From Ferroglobus placidus DSM 10642 (GTDB taxonomy: Archaea > Halobacteriota > Archaeoglobi > Archaeoglobales > Archaeoglobaceae), in NCBI RefSeq assembly GCF_000025505.1, contig NC_013849.1, forward strand, positions 900,001 to 932,000: a stretch of 32,000 bases of DNA. Reading direction: 5' to 3'. Below are positions 1 through 9,127 of the stretch, in pieces; within the stretch, counting starts at the first letter, position 1; the number at the start of each line of letters is the position of its first letter. Position numbers and translations under genes: made by a program. Below the pieces are notes generated by a model. The model was not told the DNA's origin, made no database searches, and saw only the letters and a program-made list of their open reading frames with translations.

Positions 1-13
1 AAAAATTTAATTT

Positions 14-772
14 TTATCTTCCTTTCCACTCCGGCTTTCTCTTTTCCAGAAAAGCTTTCAAACCTTCCACGGCATCTTCGCTTTTCACGAGCTGGGACAA
101 GTAAACGTCGTTGATCACGTCGAACAACGATAGGTACTCTTTCTCCGTGGAGAATAGCAGAGCTTTCTTCGTAAGTCTTAAAGCTACGCTGCTTTTTTCA
201 AGGAGGGAGTTCACGAAATCGTTTACGCTTTCCTCAAAATTTTCGTCCTCGAAAACTTTGTTTACAAGTCCGATCTCAAAGGCTCTTTCGGCAGTGATCG
301 CTTCTCCGGTAAGGATTAGCTCGTAAGCATTTTTCCAACCGATCATTCTCGGCAAAAGGGCTATAGCTACCGGAGGGTAGTGAGCGAGAGTTATTTCCGG
401 GACGCCGAGCTTAGCGTTTTTCGAAGCCAAAACGAAATCGCAAGCTATCGCGAGCTCGAACCCTCCTCCGAGGGCAAATCCCTTCACAGCTGCTACCGTT
501 ATCGCCTTACACCTCAGAACTTTGTCTATCAGCTGAGTAAACCACCTGATCATCTCTGGAGCTTTGTCGGGGAAATGCTCCTTTATCTCAGCTCCCGCAC
601 TAAAGCTCTTCCCTTCTCCAGAAAAAACGATCACGTCAACTCCTTCAACTTCATCGATGGCACTGATAATTTCTTTCATAGTCTCCATGTCGAGAACGTT
701 CACTGGAGGATTCGCTATCTTTATTCTAGCAACCCTCTCATCTTTTTCCACCTTTATTTTTTTGTATTCCAT
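14..772 (-). CDS. Enoyl-CoA hydratase/isomerase (crotonase) family; candidate cyclohexa-1,5-diene-1-carbonyl-CoA hydratase (Dch-like)
   Basis: 252 aa with crotonase motifs SAGAEIKEHFPDK and ALGGGFELAIACDF. The 'AGAEIKEHFPDKAPEM' and 'PEITLAHYPPVAIALLP' segments resemble Dch/BamR-type hydratases as recalled. Confidence 0.85.
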   Translation of the reverse strand: MEYKKIKVEKDERVARIKIANPPVNVLDMETMKEIISAIDEVEGVDVIVFSGEGKSFSAGAEIKEHFPDKAPEMIRWFTQLIDKVLRCKAITVAAVKGFALGGGFELAIACDFVLASKNAKLGVPEITLAHYPPVAIALLPRMIGWKNAYELILTGEAITAERAFEIGLVNKVFEDENFEESVNDFVNSLLEKSSVALRLTKKALLFSTEKEYLSLFDVINDVYLSQLVKSEDAVEGLKAFLEKRKPEWKGR

Positions 773-826
773 AACCCAAGTAAGGTTTTACATACTTAAG
801 TTTTACCAAAAAGAAAGTTTACAATG

Positions 827-1966
827 TCAAGTTTTTCTAACAGTTACGCTACCAACTAACGCAAAGGTGCCGGCTAAGATTAGAGGTATTCTGAAGCTTC
901 CCGTAACGTCTGCGAGAAATCCTGCCACGCTCGGACCTATCATCTGACCGACTCCGAAGAAGAGCGTGACGAAGCCTATAGCTGCTGAAGCCGAGCTTTT
1001 TCCAGCAAGATCACCGCAGTAGGCTTGGACTAAAGGAGGAATAGCGAGCATCGACGCTCCAGCCAATATCGTTGCTAAAACAGCCATGGGTAAATTAGTC
1101 GAGAGACCGAAGAGAATGAAAGCCACACCCATAATCGTGTAGACGGAAAAAAGTGCTCTCTTCCTTCCTATAGCATCTGAAATTTTCCCCCAGAGAATCG
1201 CGCTAATTATCGACAAAATCCCGACGAGGGACCACATACCGCTTGCTATCTCGTACTCAACCCCTATTTTGATGAGGTGAGACGTGTAGAATGTCACGAA
1301 AACTATGTAGGACAGACCGAAGAAAACGTAGGAAAAGCCGAGGGTTAGAAGGCTCCTCGATCTGTATACATCTCCCACCTCTATCTTAGTTTCCGGAACG
1401 AATTCCGCCGGAGTTTCTTTGAGTTTCAAGGAAAGAACCGTGACGAACAAGCTTATTAAAGCGAGAAAAACCCATCCAGCCCTCCAGTCGTAGGAGAGAA
1501 TAACTAAAGGCAAAGTTATTCCGGCGAAGATTATTCCTACGCTCGAACCAGCGTTTATCACCCCGAGGGCAAAGCCCCTCCTCTCTATTTCGAACCATTT
1601 CGCCGCCAAGCCGACGAGACCAACGTTAACTCCAGCAGAGCCGACTCCGGTGAGAAACCTGTAGATGCTTGCGTCGAAGAATCCGGTGGAGAAGGAGGTT
1701 AAGAATAACGTTACTGTGACTAAGAAAAGAGTCGACACAACGACAATCTTCGATCCGAGCCTCGAAGCGAGATAACCTACGAAAGGAGAAAAGAGAACGT
1801 ATCCGAGGAAGTTAGCCGAAGCGATCGCTCCCATTTCCGTGTAGCTAAGATTTAAACCTTCCTTCATCGGCTCGAGGATGACCGTGTAAGCAAACCTAGC
1901 CAAACCTAACCCTACGAAAATTCCGAGTAATCCTACGATAAGGGTGTAAACTTCCTCCCTCTTCAT
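827..1966 (-). CDS. Major facilitator superfamily transporter
   Basis: 379 aa hydrophobic protein with about 12 TM segments; MFS-like 'GYLASRLGSK' loop and 'WGKISDAIGRKRAL' loop. Confidence 0.85.
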   Translation of the reverse strand: MKREEVYTLIVGLLGIFVGLGLARFAYTVILEPMKEGLNLSYTEMGAIASANFLGYVLFSPFVGYLASRLGSKIVVVSTLFLVTVTLFLTSFSTGFFDASIYRFLTGVGSAGVNVGLVGLAAKWFEIERRGFALGVINAGSSVGIIFAGITLPLVILSYDWRAGWVFLALISLFVTVLSLKLKETPAEFVPETKIEVGDVYRSRSLLTLGFSYVFFGLSYIVFVTFYTSHLIKIGVEYEIASGMWSLVGILSIISAILWGKISDAIGRKRALFSVYTIMGVAFILFGLSTNLPMAVLATILAGASMLAIPPLVQAYCGDLAGKSSASAAIGFVTLFFGVGQMIGPSVAGFLADVTGSFRIPLILAGTFALVGSVTVRKT

Positions 1967-1986
1967 AACTAAAATAAAATGATTTA

Positions 1987-3858
1987 TTATGTCTTTTTAA
2001 CCTTTATCGCTTTCTCCGGACAAACCTGTACGCAGAATCCGCAACCAGCGCAAAGAGCTTCGTCGATCCACACCTTCTCTCCGTCGTAAATTATGGCTGG
2101 GCAGGTGAAGTCCGAAACGCATCTTAAACAGAGAGTGCAAGCTTCGGTAACTTCGAAGGGTCTTATCTTAACACCCTTCCTCTTCCTTTCCCTCGTCCAG
2201 AGTATTGCACAGGGCTGCCTTGCTACGATAACAGCCACGCCATCATGCTCCAAAGCTCTTCTGAGGGTTTCCTGCATCTTTTTAAGGTTCATCGGGTTCA
2301 CCACTTCTACGAACTCAACTCCGACACCCTTCGCAACGTCCTCTATCAAAATCCTCTTCTTCTCAACCCCGCAGATTCTTTCACTCACCCCCGGATGAGG
2401 TTGATGACCGGTCATAGCCGTTGTGAGGTTATCGAGAACGACGTAAACGAACTTTGCTCCGTTGTAAACGGCATTTGCCAAAGCCGGAATCGTTGCGTGG
2501 AAGAATGTCGAATCTCCAGCAGTCACGACTATCTTGTTATTTATAACTCTGTAGAGTCCGTTGGGCACTCCGACGCTCGCTCCCATGCAGATGGTGATGT
2601 CAACTGTTTGGAAAGGCTTGTTAACTCCGAGGGTGTAACAGCCTATATCGCTCGGCAAACACTCGTTTCCGGCAACTTTCTTTATAGCGTAAAACGTCGC
2701 TGCATGAGGACATCCCGGACACAGCACCGGAGGTCGAGGAGGAGCTAGGCTCATAGTTTTCTGAAGAACTTCCATTTTCTCCTGAACGTTAACGGTTGGC
2801 GAAATTCCGAGCATCTTGGCTATTCCTTCCTCAACCACTCCGACGCTGTATTCGTAGTTCATCGGGAAGTAGCCGTTCTCCTTACCGTAAACTTCAACTC
2901 CGTAATCCTTAGCTATAGCTTTCACGTGAAGCTCCACGAAAGGATCAAGCTCTTCAACTACCGCAACTTTGTCGAGGTTGCTTACGAAATCCTCTATCAG
3001 TTTTGCTGGCAGCGGATGTGTTGTGGACAACTTCAGCAGAGGTATATCTTTTCCAAGCCTTTTTATCGCTTCTTTAGCGTAAACGTAGCTTAATCCCGAA
3101 GCGATAACTCCAGCTTTTCCGTCCCCTCCCTCCACCCAGTTGAACTCCTTTGCTTTGGAGAAGTACTCCTCAAGCTTTCTCAGCCTTTCAATCACCTTCG
3201 GCTTCAGCTTTCTCGCAACTGCCGGAACAACCACATCGGTCTCTGGATGCTTCTCCCAATCAACCTTCTCAAGCTTTTTCTCCGGAATTTCTCCGAGCTC
3301 AACAACTCCGCTTCCGTGGTTCAACCTCGTTACAGTTCTGAAAAGAACTGGAGCGTTAAACTTCTCGGAAACTTCGAAAGCCAGCTTCACGTAATCTTTT
3401 GCTTCCTGAACCGTAGAAGGCTCTATAACCGGCACCTTCGCAGCCTTCCCGTACCATCTGTTATCCTGCTCGTTCTGACTTGAGTGCATGAAAGGATCAT
3501 CTGCTGTAACGCAAACGAAGCCACCCCTCGCACCCACGTAGGAAAAAGAAAATAAAGCGTCAGCTGCAACATTTACACCGACATGCTTCATCCCACACAT
3601 GCCCCTCTTACCAGCAAGGCTCGCGCCAACGGCAACTTCGAAAGCGACCTTCTCATTGACAGACCACTCCATGTAGTACTCCATTCGATCTTTGAGATAA
3701 TCGCAAGCCTGCTGCAAGGTCACACCGATTTCAGAGGAAGGCGTTCCCGGATAAGCGGCGTAAACGTCTATTCCAGCCTCCAAAGCTCCCCTGGCGATAG
3801 CTTCATTACCAAGGAGAAACACTTTTTCTCCAGCCTCCTTGAGGACATCGCGAAGCAT
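1987..3858 (-). CDS. iorA: Indolepyruvate ferredoxin oxidoreductase, alpha subunit
   Basis: 623 aa; N-terminal 'AAYPGTPSSEIG', TPP-binding 'GDSTFFHATIPALANAVYN', and C-terminal ferredoxin cysteines 'CTLCLRCVSDFTCPA...CAGCGFCVQVCP'. Confidence 0.93.
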   Translation of the reverse strand: MLRDVLKEAGEKVFLLGNEAIARGALEAGIDVYAAYPGTPSSEIGVTLQQACDYLKDRMEYYMEWSVNEKVAFEVAVGASLAGKRGMCGMKHVGVNVAADALFSFSYVGARGGFVCVTADDPFMHSSQNEQDNRWYGKAAKVPVIEPSTVQEAKDYVKLAFEVSEKFNAPVLFRTVTRLNHGSGVVELGEIPEKKLEKVDWEKHPETDVVVPAVARKLKPKVIERLRKLEEYFSKAKEFNWVEGGDGKAGVIASGLSYVYAKEAIKRLGKDIPLLKLSTTHPLPAKLIEDFVSNLDKVAVVEELDPFVELHVKAIAKDYGVEVYGKENGYFPMNYEYSVGVVEEGIAKMLGISPTVNVQEKMEVLQKTMSLAPPRPPVLCPGCPHAATFYAIKKVAGNECLPSDIGCYTLGVNKPFQTVDITICMGASVGVPNGLYRVINNKIVVTAGDSTFFHATIPALANAVYNGAKFVYVVLDNLTTAMTGHQPHPGVSERICGVEKKRILIEDVAKGVGVEFVEVVNPMNLKKMQETLRRALEHDGVAVIVARQPCAILWTRERKRKGVKIRPFEVTEACTLCLRCVSDFTCPAIIYDGEKVWIDEALCAGCGFCVQVCPEKAIKVKKT

Positions 3859-3880
3859 GTTACAATGTTAGGTTAATCGT

Positions 3881-3895
3881 TTATATATTTTTCCT
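3881..3895 (-). promoter_or_regulatory. Putative core promoter (TATA/BRE) of iorA
   Basis: On the minus strand, GGAAAAATATATAA sits about 25-30 nt upstream of the ATG at 3858; typical archaeal spacing for a leaderless transcript. Confidence 0.5.
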
Positions 3896-3905
3896 ATTGT
3901 AAACA

Positions 3906-3921
3906 ATCGCTTATAAGCGAT
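3906..3921. promoter_or_regulatory. 16-bp perfect palindrome between divergent iorA and iorB (candidate operator)
   Basis: ATCGCTTATAAGCGAT equals its own reverse complement; it lies between the two divergent starts. Confidence 0.5.
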
Positions 3922-3968
3922 GTTTCTTTAGTAAAATTCATATAGTTAAAAGTGTAAATCTTGGAAAG

Positions 3969-4556
3969 ATGAAGCTGGACATACTGCTTGTAGGTGTTGG
4001 AGGACAGGGAATTCTCACGACATCCAACATACTTGCGAGGGCAGCTTTAAAAGCTGGCGTAAACGTTGTGACTGCCGAAACCCACGGAATGGCTCAGAGA
4101 GGGGGAAGCGTTGAAGTCCACGTAAGACTCGGAGATGTATATGCTCCGCTAATTCCGGTAGGAGGTGCAGATTACGCGATCTCCCTTGAGCCGGTGGAAA
4201 TCTTAAGGTACACCCAATACTTGAACGAGAACACAACGGTAATTCTAAACGACAGACCCATCGTTCCCCCTTCAGTCTCAGCTGGATTAGGCAAGTATCC
4301 AGAAATAAGCGAAATCCTCGAAACTTTAAGAGGAATAACGAAGAACGTCAAACTCGTCAGTGCTTCAAAAATTGCTGAGGAAGTTGCCGGAACCATCCAA
4401 GCGACGAACGTTGTTGTTGTAGGAATGCTGGCTAAACTTGCGGATTTACCATTCGACTACGAAGTTCTCGAAGAAGTAGTCAAAGAATTCTTCCCGGAAA
4501 AGCTCGTTGAACCGAACTTAAAAGCTCTTAAAGCCGGTTACAACTACTGGGGGTGA
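3969..4556 (+). CDS. iorB: Indolepyruvate ferredoxin oxidoreductase, beta subunit
   Basis: 195 aa; 'ILLVGVGGQGILTTSNILARAALKAG' and 'HGMAQRGGSVEVHVRLG' motifs of the gamma-type 2-oxoacid oxidoreductase subunit. Confidence 0.92.
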   Translation: MKLDILLVGVGGQGILTTSNILARAALKAGVNVVTAETHGMAQRGGSVEVHVRLGDVYAPLIPVGGADYAISLEPVEILRYTQYLNENTTVILNDRPIVPPSVSAGLGKYPEISEILETLRGITKNVKLVSASKIAEEVAGTIQATNVVVVGMLAKLADLPFDYEVLEEVVKEFFPEKLVEPNLKALKAGYNYWG

Positions 4557-6538
4557 TTTTTTTGGAGGTTAAGAATATAGCTGTTTTGGGAGCCGGAGCG
4601 ATGGGGCATGCAATAGCCGAGCTTGCGGCGGTTTCCGGATTTAACGTGAAAATTAGGGACATAAAAGAAGAAATTTTGAAGAATGCGATGGAGAGAATAA
4701 AGCAAAGCCTCGAAAAAGATTTCAAGAAGGGAAGGCTAAAAGAAGATCCTCAAGCTGTTTTAAGCAGAATTACCGCCACTTTAGATCTGAAAGAGGCTGT
4801 GGAAGATGCCGACATGATAATCGAAGCCATTCCAGAAATAATGGACCTCAAAAAGCAGGTTTTTGCTGAATGCGAAGAGTACTGCAGAGAAGATACGATA
4901 ATAGCGACCAACACCTCCTCTCTAAGCATTACGGAGCTTTCCAAAGCTCTGAAAAAGCCGGAAAGGTTCATAGGTTTGCACTTCTTCAACCCGCCGAAGG
5001 TGATGAGGCTCGTCGAGATAGTCTGGGGAGAGAAAACGAGTGAAGAGACGGTGAAGATTACCGAGGAAGTTGCAAGAAAAATGAACAGAGTGATAATTCA
5101 CGTTAGAAAGGACGTTCCCGGCTTTGTCGTGAACAGAATTTTCGTTACGATGGCTAACGAGGCTGCGTGGGCTTTAGAAAAGGGAGAGGGAAGCGTGGAG
5201 GAAATAGATTCGGCTGTAAAGTACCGAATGGGCTTGCCAATGGGCTTATTTGAGTTGCACGATCTTCTCGGAGGAGGTTGCATAGACGTAAGCTACCACG
5301 TTCTCGAATACTTCAGGCAAACGCTCGGAGAAAGCTATCGCCCGGCTCCTCCTTTCGAGAGGTTGTTTAAAGCCGGACATTTGGGGAAGAAGAGCGGAAA
5401 AGGTTTCTACGACTGGAGTGAAGGAAAGAGTAACGAAGTTCCGCTTAGAGCCGGAGCGAATTTCGACCTCCTCAGGCTTATAGCTCCTGCCGTTAACGAG
5501 GCTGCTTGGCTGATCGAAAAAGAGGTTGCTACCGCGGAAGAGATAGACCTCGGAGTTATTCACGGATTGAACTATCCGAGGGGATTGCTTAGAATGGCTG
5601 ACGACATAGGAATTGATAAGATCGTCGAAAAGCTCGAAAAACTCTACGAGGAGTACGGAGAGGAGAGGTACAAGGTGAATCCGGTTTTGCAGAAGATGGT
5701 AGAGGAAAACAAGCTGGGAAGAAAGACCGGAGAGGGGTTCTACAAGTACGGCAGGGGGCTTTACGAGTTCGTAAAAGTTGAGAAGCCAAAGGAGAACGTA
5801 GCAGTTATTAAGCTCAACAGACCGCAAAGGGCTAACGCTTTAAACGAAACTTTCCTTAAAGAGCTCGAAGACGCTTTGGAATGGCTTGAGGAAGACGAAA
5901 ACGTAAGATGCATAGTCATCACTGGAGAAGGCAGAAACTTCTGTGCCGGAGCTGATATAGCGGTGTTTGCAGAAGGAAAAGTCGAGAGAATGTTCGAGTT
6001 CAGTCAGCTGGGGCAAAAGGTTTTCAACAAGATAGAAAAGCTGTCCAAGCCGGTAATAGCTGCCGTAAACGGAGCTGCCATGGGTGGAGGATTCGAGCTG
6101 GCTTTAGCCTGCGATCTCAGAGTTGTGAGCAGCAGAGCTATTTTAGCTTTGCCAGAGTTAAACCTCGGAATATTCCCCGGCTGGGGAGGAACGCAGAGGT
6201 TGGCTTTGGCGGTAGGAGTATCCAAGGCTAAGCAGCTGATATTCATGAGAGAAAACATCGACGCTAAAACGGCTTACGATCTCGGAATTGCCAATTACAT
6301 TGCCGAAGAGAACGAGTTCTGGGACAAGGTGATGGAGGTTGCTGAAAAAATTGCGGAAGGACCTCCTTTAGCTTACAAGTTTACCAAGAGAGTCATGTTC
6401 CACGGAATAAAGCCCGAGCTCGAAGCTTCCCTCTTCATGGAGTCGGCTGCTGGAGGAGACATAGTTCTTTCCGACGATGTGGCTGAGGGAATTCAGGCTT
6501 TCTCTTACAGAAGGAAGCCGAACTTTAAGGGGAGATGA
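4553..6538 (+). CDS. Bifunctional 3-hydroxyacyl-CoA dehydrogenase/enoyl-CoA hydratase fusion
   Basis: 661 aa; N-terminal Rossmann 'VAVLGAGAMGHA'-like motif and 'GLHFFNPPKVMRLVEI'; C-terminal crotonase 'GEGRNFCAGADI...AAMGGGFELALACDL'. Confidence 0.93.
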   Translation: MIFLEVKNIAVLGAGAMGHAIAELAAVSGFNVKIRDIKEEILKNAMERIKQSLEKDFKKGRLKEDPQAVLSRITATLDLKEAVEDADMIIEAIPEIMDLKKQVFAECEEYCREDTIIATNTSSLSITELSKALKKPERFIGLHFFNPPKVMRLVEIVWGEKTSEETVKITEEVARKMNRVIIHVRKDVPGFVVNRIFVTMANEAAWALEKGEGSVEEIDSAVKYRMGLPMGLFELHDLLGGGCIDVSYHVLEYFRQTLGESYRPAPPFERLFKAGHLGKKSGKGFYDWSEGKSNEVPLRAGANFDLLRLIAPAVNEAAWLIEKEVATAEEIDLGVIHGLNYPRGLLRMADDIGIDKIVEKLEKLYEEYGEERYKVNPVLQKMVEENKLGRKTGEGFYKYGRGLYEFVKVEKPKENVAVIKLNRPQRANALNETFLKELEDALEWLEEDENVRCIVITGEGRNFCAGADIAVFAEGKVERMFEFSQLGQKVFNKIEKLSKPVIAAVNGAAMGGGFELALACDLRVVSSRAILALPELNLGIFPGWGGTQRLALAVGVSKAKQLIFMRENIDAKTAYDLGIANYIAEENEFWDKVMEVAEKIAEGPPLAYKFTKRVMFHGIKPELEASLFMESAAGGDIVLSDDVAEGIQAFSYRRKPNFKGR

Positions 6539-7737
6539 GTATGAGGAACGTTGCGATAGTCGGAGTGGGAATAACGAGGTTTGGCGTTAGAGAGGCGAGC
6601 TGGAAAGACCTCGTTCTCGAAGCTGGTAAGTCGCTTTTCGATGATGTGCCGAATTTAGATAAGAAGGACATAGATTCGCTTTTCGTAGGAGCAGCTCAGC
6701 CAGAGAGGTGGATTTATCAGACTCACGTTGCTCCGCTCGTAGCTGAGCTACTTGGAATAGAGGTGAAGAGGGTTATAGCGAGAACCGAATCGGCATGCGC
6801 AAGCGGGCAGCTTGCGATAAGGTATGCTTGGCTTTCCATAGCCACCGGACTGAGCGACGTGGCTTTGGTCGTTGGAGTAGAGAAGATGAATTCGAAGTTC
6901 CTGAATATCAGCCAGTCGAGCATGATAAACGTAGGAAACAGGGAATTCGACGGGGCGAACGGTTTTACGGCTCCTCCCTTCTTTGCGATGGTCGCCCAGA
7001 GGCACATGCATTTGTACGGCACGACTGAGGAGCAGATGGCGATGGTTAGAGTTAAGAATCAGGAGTACGGCTCTCAGAATCCCTACGCTCAGTTCCAGAA
7101 GAAGGTGACTGTAGAGCAGGTTTTGAATTCGAGGATGGTCGCTCCGCCCCTAAAGCTCTTTGATTGCTCAGCCATAACAGACGGAGCCGTTGCCTTGCTT
7201 TTAACGAGCGAGGAGAGAGCGAGAGAGTTCACAGACACTCCGGTATGGATCCTCGGAGGAGTGCAGCACGTTGATGCCGCTCACACGACCAACCAGATGG
7301 GTGAACTGGCTGACTGGGTAGCTCTGAGAAAAGCCGCTAAGGACCTCTACGACATGCTGAAAATTACTCCGGACGACATCGACATTGCTGAAGTCCACGA
7401 CTGCTTTACGATAAGCGAGATAATCGAATACGAAGAGCTTGGTTTCTGCAAGAAAGGGGAGGGAGGGAAGTTCATAGAAGAGGGAGAAAGCTACATAGGA
7501 GGAAAAGTTGCCGTAAACCCCGGAGGAGGATTGTTAGCCAACGGACATCCGCTCGGAGCCACAGGAACGAGGCAGGCTTGGGAGATAGTCATGCAGTTCA
7601 GAGGAGAGGTGCCGAAGGGGAGATACGTGGACGGAGCTGAGTTAGCTATTGCCCACAACCTGAGCGGAATGGCGCAGCTCCACCACATCATGGCTTACAG
7701 CGTCAACAAGCCGAGGGATATTAAGTTCGGGAGGTAA
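6535..7737 (+). CDS. Thiolase-like acyl-CoA acyltransferase (archaeal acetyl-CoA acetyltransferase type)
   Basis: 400 aa; 'ARTESACASGQLAIRYAWLSIATG' active-site region, 'NPGGGLLANGHPLGATG' near the C terminus. Overlaps the upstream gene by 4 nt. Confidence 0.9.
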   Translation: MSMRNVAIVGVGITRFGVREASWKDLVLEAGKSLFDDVPNLDKKDIDSLFVGAAQPERWIYQTHVAPLVAELLGIEVKRVIARTESACASGQLAIRYAWLSIATGLSDVALVVGVEKMNSKFLNISQSSMINVGNREFDGANGFTAPPFFAMVAQRHMHLYGTTEEQMAMVRVKNQEYGSQNPYAQFQKKVTVEQVLNSRMVAPPLKLFDCSAITDGAVALLLTSEERAREFTDTPVWILGGVQHVDAAHTTNQMGELADWVALRKAAKDLYDMLKITPDDIDIAEVHDCFTISEIIEYEELGFCKKGEGGKFIEEGESYIGGKVAVNPGGGLLANGHPLGATGTRQAWEIVMQFRGEVPKGRYVDGAELAIAHNLSGMAQLHHIMAYSVNKPRDIKFGR

Positions 7738-7741
7738 AAAA

Positions 7742-8239
7742 ATGAAGAAGCCGAAGAGAAAGCTAACTCTGCCGGAAAAAATCGACTTGCCTCCCCTCTT
7801 AGATTTATGGGAGCAGCAAGACCCGAGCGGACCTGACGCCACTGGAATTTACGACTTCTACAGGAACTTAGCTGAAGGAGAGCTCACCACAACTAAGTGC
7901 AAAAGCTGCGGAAAGCTGATGTTCCCTCCACAAATAATATGTCCGAACTGCTACAGCGACGAGCTGGAGTGGGTTAGAATTCCCGAGGAAGGAGAGCTCT
8001 ACGCCTTCACAGAGTTAAGACTCGGAGCTCCGATAATCGTGGAGAATTACACACCCTTCGTCATAGCTATAGCGAGGTTCGGAAACTATCCAGAAAACGG
8101 AGTTCAGATAAGTGGAATGATGTTCGACGTGAAGTACGAGGACTTGAAAATAGGAGATAAAGTCAGGTGGGAGATTCTTGAGATAGAAGGACCGGGAGAG
8201 AAGAAGAGGTACTGGTACTACTTCGAGAAAGTCGAGTAG
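7742..8239 (+). CDS. DUF35-type OB-fold protein with rubredoxin-like zinc ribbon, thiolase partner
   Basis: 165 aa; 'CKSCGKLMFPPQIICPNCYSDELEW' followed by an OB-fold-like region; directly downstream of the thiolase. Confidence 0.88.
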   Translation: MKKPKRKLTLPEKIDLPPLLDLWEQQDPSGPDATGIYDFYRNLAEGELTTTKCKSCGKLMFPPQIICPNCYSDELEWVRIPEEGELYAFTELRLGAPIIVENYTPFVIAIARFGNYPENGVQISGMMFDVKYEDLKIGDKVRWEILEIEGPGEKKRYWYYFEKVE

Positions 8240-8276
8240 ATTTTTATTAAACCTCTATTTTTGGCTACGTCGTGAA

Positions 8277-8690
8277 CTATTCCTTTTCAGGAAGTACGTA
8301 AGAAACTTTACTCTTTTTCAATCCTTTTTTCAATAGCTCTTCATAAGCCTTCTTGACGACCTCAAATTTCTTCGACTCGAAAAGAATTATTCCCTCAGAC
8401 AGTGCGTCGAGAATAGTCGGACTCCCCTTCTTCAGCATTTCCAAAGCTTCGTTAAGTGTGTAGGGGTGTGGCTCAAGGTTAATGCCCAAATCCAGTATTT
8501 CCAGCAACCTACCTATTCTGTCCAAGTACCTTTCGGTGAAGTCGGCAATGATTAGAAGGTCGTAATCGCTCCAAGGTTTATAATCACCTCTCGCTCTCGA
8601 ACCGAAAAGAATTACGGCGTGAACATCGTAGTGTTCTCTCAATTTTTTCACAGCTACTTTTAACTTATCTAGAGATTGTTTTTCTTGCAA
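8277..8690 (-). CDS. MNT-type nucleotidyltransferase, partner of HEPN protein
   Basis: 137 aa with 'VILFGSRARGDYKPWSDYDLLII' (GSx10DxD); overlaps the end of the upstream HEPN gene. Confidence 0.9.
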   Translation of the reverse strand: MQEKQSLDKLKVAVKKLREHYDVHAVILFGSRARGDYKPWSDYDLLIIADFTERYLDRIGRLLEILDLGINLEPHPYTLNEALEMLKKGSPTILDALSEGIILFESKKFEVVKKAYEELLKKGLKKSKVSYVLPEKE

Positions 8691-9060
8691 AATTTACCAC
8701 CTCTTCGGCGGATCTTATCGCTCTTTTAGAAGTCTCCTCATCGTAAGCTTCGTGGGGGGTTCCAGAAGGGTGAGCATCTGGATACCGAGAGGGGATGTAA
8801 TGTCTATCCAACTCTCTCGCATGAACCATGAGTTCTTCGATTTTTTCTCCTTTTTTTTCAAAAAATCTTTCCAGCAATTCTCTGATACTATGCCCCCACG
8901 GAGCTTCATTTATGTGGAATAGCAAAGCTTTAACCGCTTTCTCAGCCGCTTGATGAGCATAGAAAGCCGAAGCGTTATATCTCTTTTTTTCATGCAGTAT
9001 CTTAGCTGTCTCCAAATCCCAAAGAGCCTCTTCCAACCACCTTTCAGCTTCTTTCCTCAT
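8665..9060 (-). CDS. HEPN domain protein
   Basis: 131 aa; 'YNASAFYAHQAAEKAVKALLF', 'WGHSIRELLE', 'ARELDRHYIPSRYPDAHPSGTPHEAYD'. Confidence 0.9.
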   Translation of the reverse strand: MRKEAERWLEEALWDLETAKILHEKKRYNASAFYAHQAAEKAVKALLFHINEAPWGHSIRELLERFFEKKGEKIEELMVHARELDRHYIPSRYPDAHPSGTPHEAYDEETSKRAIRSAEEVVNFARKTISR

Positions 9061-9127
9061 TTAACTTTCATTTAACCACAGTTAAATATAACGTTTTGCT
9101 TAAAAAATACGACAAAAAAGGGGAAAA

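Noticed and set aside
1987-7737. Numerous opposite-strand ORFs of 60-190 aa (for example 2245-2748, 5246-5827, 9504-9800)
   Set aside because: They overlap well-supported genes, are rich in Ser/Leu/Pro/Arg typical of antisense readings, and show no recognisable domains.
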